DNA of 64,000 bases from Octopus vulgaris. Lineage: Eukaryota. Positions 13,716-26,809 of the stretch are shown piece by piece. Location of the stretch: NCBI GenBank assembly GCA_951406725.2, contig OX597820.1, positions 65,782,001 through 65,846,000 on the forward strand, in the 5' to 3' direction. Made by a program: the position numbers and the translations under genes. The number at the start of each line of letters is the position of its first letter. Position 1 is the stretch's first letter. The notes beneath the pieces were generated by a model. It did no database searches. It worked only from the letters and a program-made list of their open reading frames with translations, and was not told the origin of the DNA.

Positions 13716-14142
13716 CTTTTATTCATTTATTCTTTTACTTGTTTCAGTCATTTGACTGCGGCCTTCCTGGGGCACTGCCTTCAGTCGAGCAAATCGACCC
13801 CAGGACTTATTCTTTGTAAGCCTAGTACTTATTCTGTCGGTCTCTTTGGCCGAACCGCTAGGTAGCGGGGACGTAAACACACCAAAATCGGTTGTCAAAT
13901 GATGGTCGGGAGACAAACAGAAACACACAAACATATAAATAAGTATGTATATATATATATATATATATATATACACGACTGGCTTCTTTCAGTTTCCGTC
14001 TACCAAATACACTCACAAGGCTTTGTATGGTCAGCCCTAGGCTATAATAGAAGATACTTGCCCAAGGTACCACGCAGCGGGACTGAACCCGGAATCCTGT
14101 GGCTAGTAAACAAGCTACTTACTACACAGCCACTCCTACGCC
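13716..14142 (-). mobile_element. SINE family B, full length
   Basis: Colinear with 4230-4634. Confidence 0.85.
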
Positions 14143-14162
14143 TATATGTAGATGGTATTTAA

Positions 14163-14543
14163 GGCTGCGAGCTGGCAGAAACGTTTGCATGCCGGGCGAA
14201 ATGATTAGCGGTATTTCATCTGTCATTATGTTCTGAGTTCAAATTCCGCCGTGGTCAACTTTGCCTTTCATCCTTTCGGGATCGATTAAATAAGTACCAG
14301 TTTCGCATTGGTGTCGATATACTCGACTTAATCCGTTTGTCTGTCCTTGTTTAGCCCCTTGTGGGTAGTAAAGAAATAGGTATTTCATCTGGCTTTACGT
14401 TCTGAGTTCAAATTCCGCCGAGATCCACTTTGCTTTCCATCCTTCCGGGGTCGATAGATTAAGTACCAGCTGCGTACTGGGGTCGAGCTAATCGACTACC
14501 CCCCCTTCCCCTAAAAAATCGGGCCTTCTGCCTAGAGTAGAAA
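14163..14543 (+). mobile_element. SINE family A dimer (tail 1 unit followed by tail 2 unit)
   Basis: ggctgcgagctggcagaaacg head, gagttcaaattcc B-box, conserved ctttgcctttcatcctttcggg core present twice; first tail ends gccccttgtgggtagtaaagaa, second ends gggccttctgcctagagtagaaa. Confidence 0.85.
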
Positions 14544-14791
14544 TATATATATATATATATATTATTGTTATTGTGCTTGTGTTTATCTCCCACCAAAATT
14601 TGACAACCGGTGTTGCTTTCTTTACGTCACCGTAAATTAGGGTTTCGGCCAAAAGAAATTTGATAGAATTAGTACCAGATAAAAAGTAAGTCCTGGAATC
14701 GCTTTGTTTGACTAAACCATTCATGGCCGCACTCTAATGACTACAGCAAGTAAAAAGATAAGAGATATATATACACATAGAGATGTACATA

Positions 14792-14843
<52 letters not shown>

Positions 14844-15811
14844 GGTGAGAGAGAGAAGCGTGCATATTACATATATATACATGTACGGATGTAGAAGAAA
14901 ACAGCAAAGTCATCTTTTTACCCCCCTCAACCCTTTCTCCACCACCACCACCACCACTACGTCATTTCTTAACTCACTGAAGTACGATATCTTACGATAT
15001 GGGAAAGAAGAAAAAAACATGGAGGAAATTTGATATTTTGGCCTCGAAGATAATCTATTGGGAAATAATCAGATAATACATACGCATTATATACACAGAT
15101 TCACCTACATGAACGCTTAGATAATTTTATACTCCACATACATAAATATATTACGCAAACATATGCTTATGTGTGCCTCTGTGTGTGTGTAAGATGATGT
15201 GTGTGAATGCCTATGCGTGTGTATGTATGCATATATATATATATATATATAAGCATGTGCAGCTCTAACAAAGCGTATATACATAACTACATATCATATG
15301 TTTTTGTTTTGTGTGTGTGAGTCTGTGTATGTGGGCGTCTTGTGTGTGTGTGTATGTGTATCTTTGTGTGTTTATGTTAGTGTATGCATGTGCATGTCTG
15401 TATCTTGGGACTGAGTACTTCCCTATAACTTAGTACAGTAAACCACCCAGATATTTTTGTAATCAAATTGATTGATTTCATATACATATGTACATACAAC
15501 CATACATATATATATATATAAGTATAAATGTAAGTATGTATATATATATATAAAGCTATACAAATATGTATATATATATATATATTAAAGATAAAGACGA
15601 GCACATGAAGAAAAGAAAGATGTGTTAAACATATAATATACCAGACAATATATGTGTATATACGCATGTCACTTTTTTTCATAGTCAAATATATTCATCT
15701 ACCGCCATAAAAGACACATCTGCGTCAGCGTGTATATATACGTTTGTATATATATATGTCTGTAGTAATATACATCTGCGTAAATATATACGTTTGTATG
15801 AAAATTATATC

Positions 15812-15908
<97 letters not shown>

Positions 15909-16452
15909 ATATATATGTATGTATGTCTATCTGACGGCGTGTGTTTAGTCTGTGATGATATAGTTTAGCATAGCATTATGGGATTCAAAAAAAAAGAGTG
16001 GCGTATCTGTCAGAGGCTTGTCATGGCGGTCTTAACCATTTGTGCTGTTGCGTTTGATGAAAAGATTTACGAAATCTCTTCAGATTGAAGTCAAACTTTT
16101 CTAGAGACATATGTGTGTATGTATTTGTATTTGTGAGTATTGCTTTCCATTATTGTGATAGAGTGTGTTTGTCTCCTCTGCATCTGTTCTGTGTGTGAGT
16201 TTTTAAATGTGTGAGTACGTATTCCGTGTGTATGTATATATAAGGTAAAGAAAATGCTTAAAGAGTTAGACAGACGGACCTGCTGTTACAGAGATTATAA
16301 GTGAGATATTGGCAGAGAAGTGGACAGACAGACAGACACAGGCAAAGACATACACACAGACAGAGAGACGGGGGGATAGTGAGAGACAGTTCACGAACGC
16401 AACATCTACGAAGAGTGGAACTAAAATTTATAAAATAATATTTGTACACATT

Positions 16453-17058
16453 GGGGCGGTGAGCTCGCAGAATCGTTAGTACGCCAGGCGAAATATTTAG
16501 CGGTATTTCGTCTGCCGCTACGTTCTGAGTTCAAATTCCGCCGAGGTCGACTTTGCCTTTCATCCTTTCGGAATCGATTAAATAAGTACCAGTTACGCAC
16601 TGGGGTCGATATAATCGACTTTATCCGTTTGTCTGTCTTTGTTTGTCCTCTCTGTGTTTAGCCCCTTGCGGGTGGGAAAGAAATAGGTATTTTGTCTGCC
16701 GTTACGTTCTGAGTTCAAATTCCGCCGAGGTCGACTTTGCCTTTCATTCTTTCGGGATCGATTAAATAAGTACCAGTTACACACTGGGGTAGATATAATC
16801 GACTTTATCCGTTTGTCTGTCCTTGTTTGTCCTCTCTATGTTTAGCCCCTTGTGGGTATTAAAGAAATAGGTATTTCGTCTGAGGCTACGTTCTGAGTTC
16901 AAATTCCCCCGAAGTCGACTTTGCCTTTCATCCTTTCGGGGTCGATTAAATAAGTACCAGTTACGCACTGGGGTAGATATAATCGACTTTATCTGTTTGT
17001 CTGTCCTTGTTTGTCCTCTCTATGTGTAGCCCCTTGTGGGCAATAAAGAAGTAGGTAT
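16453..17058 (+). mobile_element. SINE family A with three tandem 184-bp body+tail units
   Basis: One head (ggggcggtgagctcgcagaatcg), then unit starts ggtattt at 16502, 16686, 16870 and 17054 (period 184). Confidence 0.9.
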
Positions 17059-17566
17059 TTGTACACTTACACACTTATGTACACATATCAAATTATACAA
17101 GAAGTTAACTGCGCCTTCGAAGTTTGGGCTCAACAGCCATCATCACAGGCATAGTATGCCGAAACATCGATGTCACTGCCTACATCTTCCTTGTCAAAAT
17201 TAATAAATGTGCATGCCACTGAAAAGAATTTAGTGATCCGTCATTTTAATGTCATAATGTTTTCTGTTTTCATATTGTAAACTGTACATAAATAGACGCA
17301 CATAGAGATATACGCATGCGCAAATGAAGACACATACAATAGAAATACAAAATACAAAGTTGCTGACCGTTAGTAAGGAGAAACACACAAATAAGAAAGA
17401 AGAAAGCAAAGGACCACTGATGCGGTCACAGAGTGTGACGAAAGAACTCTGGCCGAAATAAGATTAAGATTAATGTAAAAACTAAATAACGCTGAAGCAA
17501 AGTAAAACCAAATATATAGAGCATGTGTTTTTATTGGCTAAACTGGCAAAATGACCATTCCTAAAT

Positions 17567-17655
<89 letters not shown>

Positions 17656-18009
17656 CAAACTGCTTATATTTCTTATATTTTCGTATTTATTTACCCGGGA
17701 TTCCTCATTGTAGATTCTGCTAACCTATTTTGCACACAGTCTGGTCTTACCAACAAGACAAGCATGCTCTTTTATTTCAACACTAGTTATAAATACTAAT
17801 AAACGCTAAAACATTTCTACAGATATCACACACACACACATCGGTGTATTTTTCTATATATGTATGTATGTACGTATATATATATGTGTGTGTGTATGTA
17901 TATATCTATATATATATATATATACATTTTTATATGTAGATATATAACATATATATTTGTATATATATGTATATACACTCTAGGGCATAAGAGTAAACCA
18001 GAAAATATG

Positions 18010-18063
<54 letters not shown>

Positions 18064-18096
18064 TGAGAAAGTTGGTGTGTGAAAGCACGTGGTTGA

Positions 18097-18462
18097 ATAT
18101 ATAGAAAATAGTAAAAAGTGAAAAAACTACAGAAGGCTTGTTTTAAAGGTTAAAAAATATATATTTGAGTCATTATAAATTTTTTTTTCATACAGTGACA
18201 TAGATTTTGAAGAAATTACCGGTTTCGTGTTAACTTTTCAAATTTCTCAAAACATCGTGTTATGTCTTCGTTTTACACTTCATAACGAAGACATAACACG
18301 ATGTTTTGAGAAATTTGAAAAGTTAACACGAAACTGGTAATTTCTTCAAAAACTATGTCACTGTATGAAAAAAATTTATAACATTCTTCTGACATAATGA
18401 CTCAAATATATTTTTTAACCTTTTAAAACAAGCCTTCTGTAGTTTTTTCACTTTTTACTATT

Positions 18463-18472
<10 letters not shown>
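18097..18472. repeat. About 375-bp near-perfect palindrome (inverted Penelope pLTR-like remnant)
   Basis: Arms 18097-18272 and 18284-18472 are reverse complements apart from a few substitutions and a roughly 18-bp indel; 11-nt loop; each arm carries a hammerhead-like 3' half gaaacYggta. Confidence 0.9.
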
Positions 18473-18525
<53 letters not shown>

Positions 18526-18528
<3 letters not shown>

Positions 18529-18642
18529 ACGAGGTCTATGGTTATATATAAGTACCCCATTTTTAAATGCCTACAACCTCAATATAATTGACAACTATAG
18601 GCACTGAAAATTGCTTTTTTTCCATAGGCTGAAACAGCTGTA
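18526..18642 (+). ncRNA. 5'-truncated or mutated hammerhead ribozyme
   Basis: tTGACGA (C3 mutated), stem II ggtctatgg/ccataggct, GAAA 18631-18634, palindrome ACAGCTGT, GUA triplet; the 5' arm of stem I is replaced by (TA)n. Confidence 0.55.
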
Positions 18643-18971
18643 TGAGTGATTTTAATGATTCCTATTATTTATATTATGGTTTTTTTATAATTGTATTCTT
18701 ATCTTATATGTATTGAATTTTAATGTATACATGCATATATACATATACATGCATACATACATACGTGCATACATGCATACGTACACACACGCACATATAT
18801 ATATATATATATAAGGCACATGGCTCAATGGTTAGAGCGTCGAGCTTACGATCATGAGGTTGTGAGTTTTGTATGTTATTAAGGTTCTCGTTTTGTTAAA
18901 TAAATTAATAAGTCAACATTCTAATATCCTAAAGCTGATAAACCAATTAAATTGTTTCTCCATTTTCTTAT

Positions 18972-19019
<48 letters not shown>

Positions 19020-19644
19020 CACTAGCTCATTCTTAAGCCCTAAAGTGTGTTACACAGTTTTCTTCCGGCAAAGAACTGTTATTACAGTTATAATGGATAG
19101 ATATTTTACAAGAATTTTACTGTTACTCTGTTGACGGATATTAACGTACTAAACTAATACAATGCAGAAAATTTGTAGTAAAATAATACGTAAGATTCAC
19201 CGGTGAATACTAACTCATATTTTACATAGAATATTATCTTGGTTTTGATATATATATATCCTCAAGCTTTTTATATGATATGGTTATTTGTTTTTAATGT
19301 TTCTTTTCTGAAAATATTATTTCAAAATGAATGTGACTCATTCTTGTATTTAACTTAAAATCAGAGTTTCTCGATCTGAGATATTACGAGCGCCACTACA
19401 CCCCTCTACATTACTGCAAGTTTAATGTCCGCTCCGTTTTATTGCTAATATGGTGACAAAATGGAGTTTGCGTCGATATAATTCTTCTTTCATTCTTCCC
19501 ACGTTGCGTTCGAGAAATTTTAAAGAAATATAATTCGGAAGCATCTTAATTCTATTCAATAAATCTATTTGTCCCTCGCGAATTCTCTATCCTTATGCTC
19601 ATTTCAGTCATCGGACTGCAGCCATACATACATATACTTATATC

Positions 19645-19973
19645 GAGATCCCCTTCGGACATGAATGATCATAGAAATTCACCTAGAAAGTTACCCTCCG
19701 AGGCATAAGTCAGGGCAAGGTTATTTGTGGAAGGCCAGCAGTCGCCCATGCGTACCAGCCTCCCGTATCCACGCTACCGATATTATCCAAGAGAAAGGCA
19801 AAGGCCGATACAGCTTGTCATCAGTGACGTCGCAACTCATTTCTACAGCTCAGTGAAGCAACATGAAATAAAGTGTCTTGCTCAAGAATACAATACGCAG
19901 CCCGGTCTGGGAATCGAACTCACAACCTCATGATCGTAAGCTCGACGCTCTAACCACTGAGCCATGTGCCTTC
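19645..19973 (-). mobile_element. SINE family C, full length
   Basis: Minus head gaaggcacatggctcagtggttagagcgtcgagcttacgatcatgaggttgtgagttcgattccc (tRNA-like A/B boxes); a matching head fragment lies at 18813-18868. Confidence 0.85.
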
Positions 19974-20135
19974 ATTTATATACACACACACAAACATATA
20001 TATATGTGCGTGTGTGTATGTATGCATGTATGCATGTATGTATGTATGCATGTATATGTATATATATTATATATATATATATATATATACATATATATAT
20101 GTATGTATTATGTATGTATATATATATGTATATAA

Positions 20136-20166
<31 letters not shown>

Positions 20167-20176
20167 CATACATACA

Positions 20177-20212
<36 letters not shown>

Positions 20213-20811
20213 TAAAGAGAGAGAGAGAGAGAGAATGATAAATATAAAATAATAAGAAAAAAGGAAAACTTTTATTGCAGCGCACCTAATTAGTGCTCTA
20301 TATGAGTAAAATATAACATAAATCAAAGTGAATGACAGATTTTCGTAGGTCAAGTTCCTTTATCGTGGGAATACAAAATGCATAAAAAGTCCATCGGGGT
20401 ATCAGGTTTCGAGCGCTCCACTGTTACAATTCAAAGAAAAGCAGGAGTAAAAAAACTTACGATCGTTTCTAGTAATGAAATGTATAAAAAATACTCACTG
20501 AAAATGGGAGATTGCGAGTAATTCGAAAATGAATTCCATAAAGGTTGCACCTATATTAATTGGTGGTTAGGGACCGAGAGTAATGATATAGACGTTGAAA
20601 TTACGAGGATATTCAGTGTATACATTCTACATTCTACCAGGAATAAGAGCAATCCAAAGTCAAGTCGAATAATAGTAGTTCTGCAGAGACATGTAAAAAG
20701 TTTAAGATATTGAAATTTGCACTTTACATTGCGAGTCTCACCTTCTTCAGTGTATAGTAAAAATCATATATGCAGATATATATATATATAGATAGATAGA
20801 TAGATAGATAT

Positions 20812-20883
<72 letters not shown>

Positions 20884-21047
20884 TTTTCACCCATTTGTTT
20901 TGTCTTTCGACAAAGATTCGTTAGTGATCGCTAAATGAGGATATCATATATGTGTGTGCGTGTGTGTGTGTGTGTGTGCGTATGTGTTCTTATGTAGGTA
21001 TGTATGTATTTGCATATATATGACTACATACATAGAATTATATATAT

Positions 21048-21096
<49 letters not shown>

Positions 21097-21205
21097 TAGA
21101 TATATATATACATATACATAATGCGTACATAATTCTATATTTAAAGTTTTAAAGACAATACATTTCACTCATCCAGTCATCCAATCATATTTAAACACAC
21201 ACATG

Positions 21206-21247
<42 letters not shown>

Positions 21248-21809
21248 TACGAACACACGAACACAAGAATACACATGCGCGCGCATAAAGTGAAATTGCC
21301 AATTGGGAATACGAAGAATTGAAAAGACTATCATCCTACTTTACAAGGAAAATCAATTACTTTAACTATGGAATACTTGAATATTTATTTAGACTAAAAT
21401 TATTATTATTGTTGCTGTGGTTGTTGTTGTTTTCGTTGTTGTTGCATGTACTGTAGCTGCAGCTGTTGTTATCGTTATTATTACTATTGTCGTTGCTATT
21501 ATTACTATTATTATCATTATTATGATTATTATCATTATTGAGTATATTATTGTTGTTGATATTAATAAACGTGAGTTCATTATTATTATTAATATGATTA
21601 TTGTTCTTCCTACTTTCATTTTTAATATTATTCATAACTCAAGTATTATTGAAATATACGAAATTTACACGGGTGTATATTATATATGTACTTACATACA
21701 TATATGTAGATTTATATACAGACACACATACATATATACATACATAAATACGTATATATATAAGCATATATATATAGAGGCATATATGCATATCCTAATA
21801 GACCCATAA

Positions 21810-21851
<42 letters not shown>

Positions 21852-21943
21852 ATACATTTATATAAATTTATATAAGCATATGCAAATACAATTTGCGTGC
21901 ATATATAAGCATATATATGAATACATATATATATAAATACATG

Positions 21944-21976
<33 letters not shown>

Positions 21977-22741
21977 GCATATATATATATATGCATATAT
22001 ATGTCAATATACATATGTATATATATATAAATATACGTATATTCATATATATATGTGTATATGTATATATATATGTATATATTGTACATTGTATGTGTGT
22101 GTGTGTGTTTGTGTGTATATGTGTGTTTCAGGCTGTAATGTATATGTGTATGTCTAGGTATGTTTGTACGTATGTGTAAGTATGATGTAAGCTTCGTTAA
22201 GCGAATGAATACATTTCGGAAATGTATTGGAAATGACATTTGGATCTCTTCCTTTTGGGGTTATTGCTTTCTTTCATTCTTTCCTTCCTTCTCCTTTGAA
22301 ATCCTTAATTATCATATTAAGGATGATGTTGATGATGATGATCATCAACATCATCACCACTACTAGCACCAACACCAACACAATCACCACTACCATCGTC
22401 CTCATCATCAACATCATCATCATTACCATCATCACCGTTGCTGTCACTTGCATCTTTTATTTCCTTCTAAACATCACAGTGAGGAAAAGTAGCATATTGA
22501 CAATCATGATATTGCGTATGGTGAGGACGACGATGATTATCACGATAAGTATGATAACAATGGTGAATAGGAAAACGGGGGCGGAGACAGCACTGGCACG
22601 GACGACGATGACGACGACGATGTTGTTAGTTATGATAGCGATGATGATGATGATGATGATAATGAGGAGGAGGAGGATATTTATGGTAACCCATGCTCAT
22701 CAACAATCTACTTCGTAATTATAATTACTATCACTAAAGTG

Positions 22742-22775
<34 letters not shown>

Positions 22776-22816
22776 CAACAACAACAACAACAACAATGAT
22801 AATAATAATAATAATG

Positions 22817-22858
<42 letters not shown>

Positions 22859-22861
<3 letters not shown>

Positions 22862-23310
22862 GCCCTGATGCAGTACCAGGCAGTGGCTCTCATGGCTTCT
22901 GATCTTGTCAGTTGTTTGACCTTAACCAGTTGAGCATGTCCCTTAGTGGCTGACGATATGTGCATTTCTGATCATGAGCAGAAGTAGTGGGGGAGCATAA
23001 TAGCCATGTGTTGAGAGGGATTCTTTGGGGTTTGAATGATTCACCTCTGGAAACATGGGTGTTTTGTTCAACGTCCTTAAACAACCCTTAATCAGGGACC
23101 TTTTGAGTGGGATGGGTTACCCAACAGAAGAAAATTCTAACTGGTCATGTGCTGTTTATCTTGATATGAGATCACCATGTCGCGCACATATGGTTGTGAT
23201 GCATGTGCCTGGTCTACCCTTATCAGACGGGTAGTCGTGATGGGTATACTGGGCATCGCATGTTTTACCCCAGTGTCACTTTGATGGCATGCACTGCTTT
23301 CTCACTCAAC
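22859..23310. mobile_element. About 450-bp non-coding insertion flanked on both sides by (TAA)n
   Basis: Complex, relatively GC-rich segment with sharp borders against (TAA)n at 22740-22858 and 23311-23378; no ORF or TIR. Confidence 0.5.
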
Positions 23311-23314
23311 AATA

Positions 23315-23379
<65 letters not shown>

Positions 23380-23384
23380 TTGTA

Positions 23385-23420
<36 letters not shown>

Positions 23421-23544
23421 CTGTGTGTGTGTATGTGTGATGTATATGTATATATCTATATATGTATGTTCGTATGTGTAAGTATGGTTAAGCGAATGAA
23501 AACGTATCGGAAATGCATTAGAAATGACATTTGGATCTTTTGAA

Positions 23545-24074
23545 ACCTTCTGACGTAATGGGAATATTAGAGAAATATTGACCAGTACATCTAATACAAA
23601 CTCCATCAGAGTTTCTGAACGCTGCACCGGCAAAAACACCCATAAGAGAGGTAAGCACTGTTCGTTGTGCAGTAACATGAGTCAGACTAATTCCATCAAG
23701 AATTATAACAGAAATGTTATGATTTACACAGAAGGAGGGACCTGTAAGGATTTTTATTTGGTACACGCAGCGGAATGCCCTCAACACAAAATGATTTGTA
23801 CTGGTTGCTGAATGCAAAAAAAAAAAAATTTAATGGGCATAGGTACGACGTCAGGCACAATAGCAGTGGTTCCACGAAACTTGCAGAGCATTTCATATCA
23901 AACGGGTGTGAATTTGAGGAAGACCTGAAGGTGCACATTCTCATAAAATACGCTCACTCCACTGCGCTTTCAGTCCTTAAAACCCATGAGGAGAGATATA
24001 TTTGTGAGCTGTTGACATCTCAGTCTGGAGGAATTAATAAAATGGCAGGGCAAATTCCGCAATATTTATACTAA
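23545..24074 (+). pseudogene. Penelope-like element GIY-YIG endonuclease remnant
   Basis: Frameshifted translation CSLC...GGTCKDFYLVHAAECPQHKMICTG / FNGHRYDV...LAEHF...LKVHIL...EERYICELLT...GGIN follows the PLE GIY-YIG layout (CxxC, TC-vvY-C-C-YvG, RxxxH, E-I, GxN). Confidence 0.75.
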
Positions 24075-24360
24075 AGTTTTTGATTAAATAATAATTTTTT
24101 CTTCAATTCTTTTCCTTCTTTTTGTTTCTTTTCTTGCTTTCCTTCTTTCTGCTACCTTCTTTGAAAGACCAAAGACCAAAGACTGATGACGTCATTTCAC
24201 TTGGAAAGAAACGCAGTTATTCCAGTTAAAGTTTTGAATGTTTCAGGGTTTCTCAACTTTAAATTTAATTTCATTTTATATTTTGAACTTGTAAAAGACT
24301 CATGGAGTGTCGAAATATTGTTTATTCGTTTTATTTTCATTTTAATAAACGGTGTCAATC
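24075..24360 (+). mobile_element. Probable pLTR / 3' region of the Penelope-like element
   Basis: Pyrimidine tract directly after the GIY-YIG stop, a CTGATGA...GAAAC hammerhead-like remnant at 24183-24218 and AATAAA near 24344. Confidence 0.45.
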
Positions 24361-24427
24361 TCTACTTGTTACCAATAACTGCCGAGCTCTTCTTCTTTTT
24401 AACAACAACAACAACAACAACAATAAC

Positions 24428-25180
<753 letters not shown>

Positions 25181-25360
25181 CCTTTCTACTGAAAGCACAA
25201 GGCGTCAAATTTGGGGGAAGGGATTAAGTGAATTACATCGACCGCAGTGCATAACTCGTACTAATTTTATCGACTCCGAAAGGCAAAGTCGACCTTGGTG
25301 GATATTGAACTCAGAACATAACAGCAGACGAAACCCCGCTAAGCATTTCGCTCGCCGCTT
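25181..25360 (-). mobile_element. SINE family A (tail type 2) ending in (ATT)n
   Basis: Minus: gcttagcggggtttcgtctgctg...gagttcaatatcc...gtcgactttgcctttc...gccttgtgctttcagtagaaagg(att)n. Confidence 0.8.
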
Positions 25361-25364
25361 TAAA

Positions 25365-25395
<31 letters not shown>

Positions 25396-25532
25396 AAGAA
25401 GAAGAAGAAGAAGAAGAAGAAGAAGAAGAAGAAGAAGGAGGAGGAGGAGGAGGAGAAGGAGGAGGAGAAGGAGGAGAAGAACAACCAACAACAACAAGCT
25501 CAACAACAACAACTATTATCACTGTTATTATT

Positions 25533-25803
25533 AGGATCGAATGTGTCAGCTGTCCACAACCAGCAGACTAAGGCGACACTTGCTTACTGGTCATGCTTCA
25601 AGAACCCTGCGAAGAATTCCGGCAGTTCCAAGCAATGCTGATTTTTGTAGGTATTTTACCTTTACATTTGCACCAATCTTTTTCAGCCATGTTGGTAGTT
25701 GAGTGCTGATAACTTCCAAGTGCACCAATTACTATTGGTATCACGTCTACACGCTTCATTGATCGCAACCTTCGCTATTTCTCACTTTAAATCGTCATAG
25801 TTG
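25533..25803 (-). mobile_element. Second R4/Dong-type 3' fragment (different family)
   Basis: Minus translation NYDDLK*EIA / RLRSMKRVDVIPIVIGALG / LPTWLKKIG...LQKSALLGTAGILRRVLEA*; abuts a (TAA)/(GAA) tract at its 5' end and a decayed taataa tract at its 3' end. Confidence 0.8.
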
Positions 25804-25833
25804 TTCATTTTCTTCTTCTTCTTCTTCTTCTTC

Positions 25834-25897
<64 letters not shown>

Positions 25898-25905
25898 CAT
25901 CATCA

Positions 25906-25943
<38 letters not shown>

Positions 25944-26180
25944 GTTGTTATTGTTGTTGTTGTTGTTGTTATCATTATTAATTGCATTCATTTCCTAAGT
26001 CAATTCTTCTATATCTTCTCCCTCGGCTTCGCCTCCTCCAAAATGGTTTAGGTGTTGTGCAGATTTGGTGTTGCCGTACTATGTGCATACTATTGCAGAC
26101 ATTCTATTAATGGAATGATAGCTTACACAATCCTCTCTAGAACATTGTTCTCAATATATTTCACTTCTTCCTCGTGTGCG

Positions 26181-26224
<44 letters not shown>

Positions 26225-26809
26225 ATGCGTGTATGTGTGTGTTTGAGTATGTGCGTATGTGTGTGTATGCATGCATGTATAAAAGTATGGGCGTCCGAGT
26301 GTTTTTCAGAAATAGAGAGGCAGTGTGAGAGAGAATATGTATGTACATATATATATACACACAAACGCACAGACACACACACACACACATATATATATAT
26401 ACATGCATATATATATGTGTGTGTGTATATATATAAATACACACACACGCACATACGCACACATACAAGCACGCACACACACACACACACATATTGTGGT
26501 AAGAAATTCTCAAGATAGTTGAATAGTAGGTCCTCAGAGAAGAAACCCCTACCAGGTAGGTGTTTTTGTCCTTCTTACACTCTAAAGGGCCCGGGTCGCT
26601 TGCAGATCATGACTCCTGTGTGCCCTTCTGCATTTAAACCCTTAGGAATTTCATCAAGTTGTCCTTTGACTCAGCTTCCAAACTTACACTTATAGAAGAA
26701 ATAACGTTGGTTGTCATGGTAGCGTTGAAATGTGAACGCTATCACAATGACTCAAACTTACATTCCTATGTGTGGAAATATAAAAATTAATGTTGCTTTC
26801 AAACAGTAT

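Noticed and set aside
19900-19973. tRNA gene candidates at SINE heads (also 3656, 12706, 44910, 46710)
   Set aside because: A/B boxes are present but there is no complete cloverleaf, and each continues into a SINE body.
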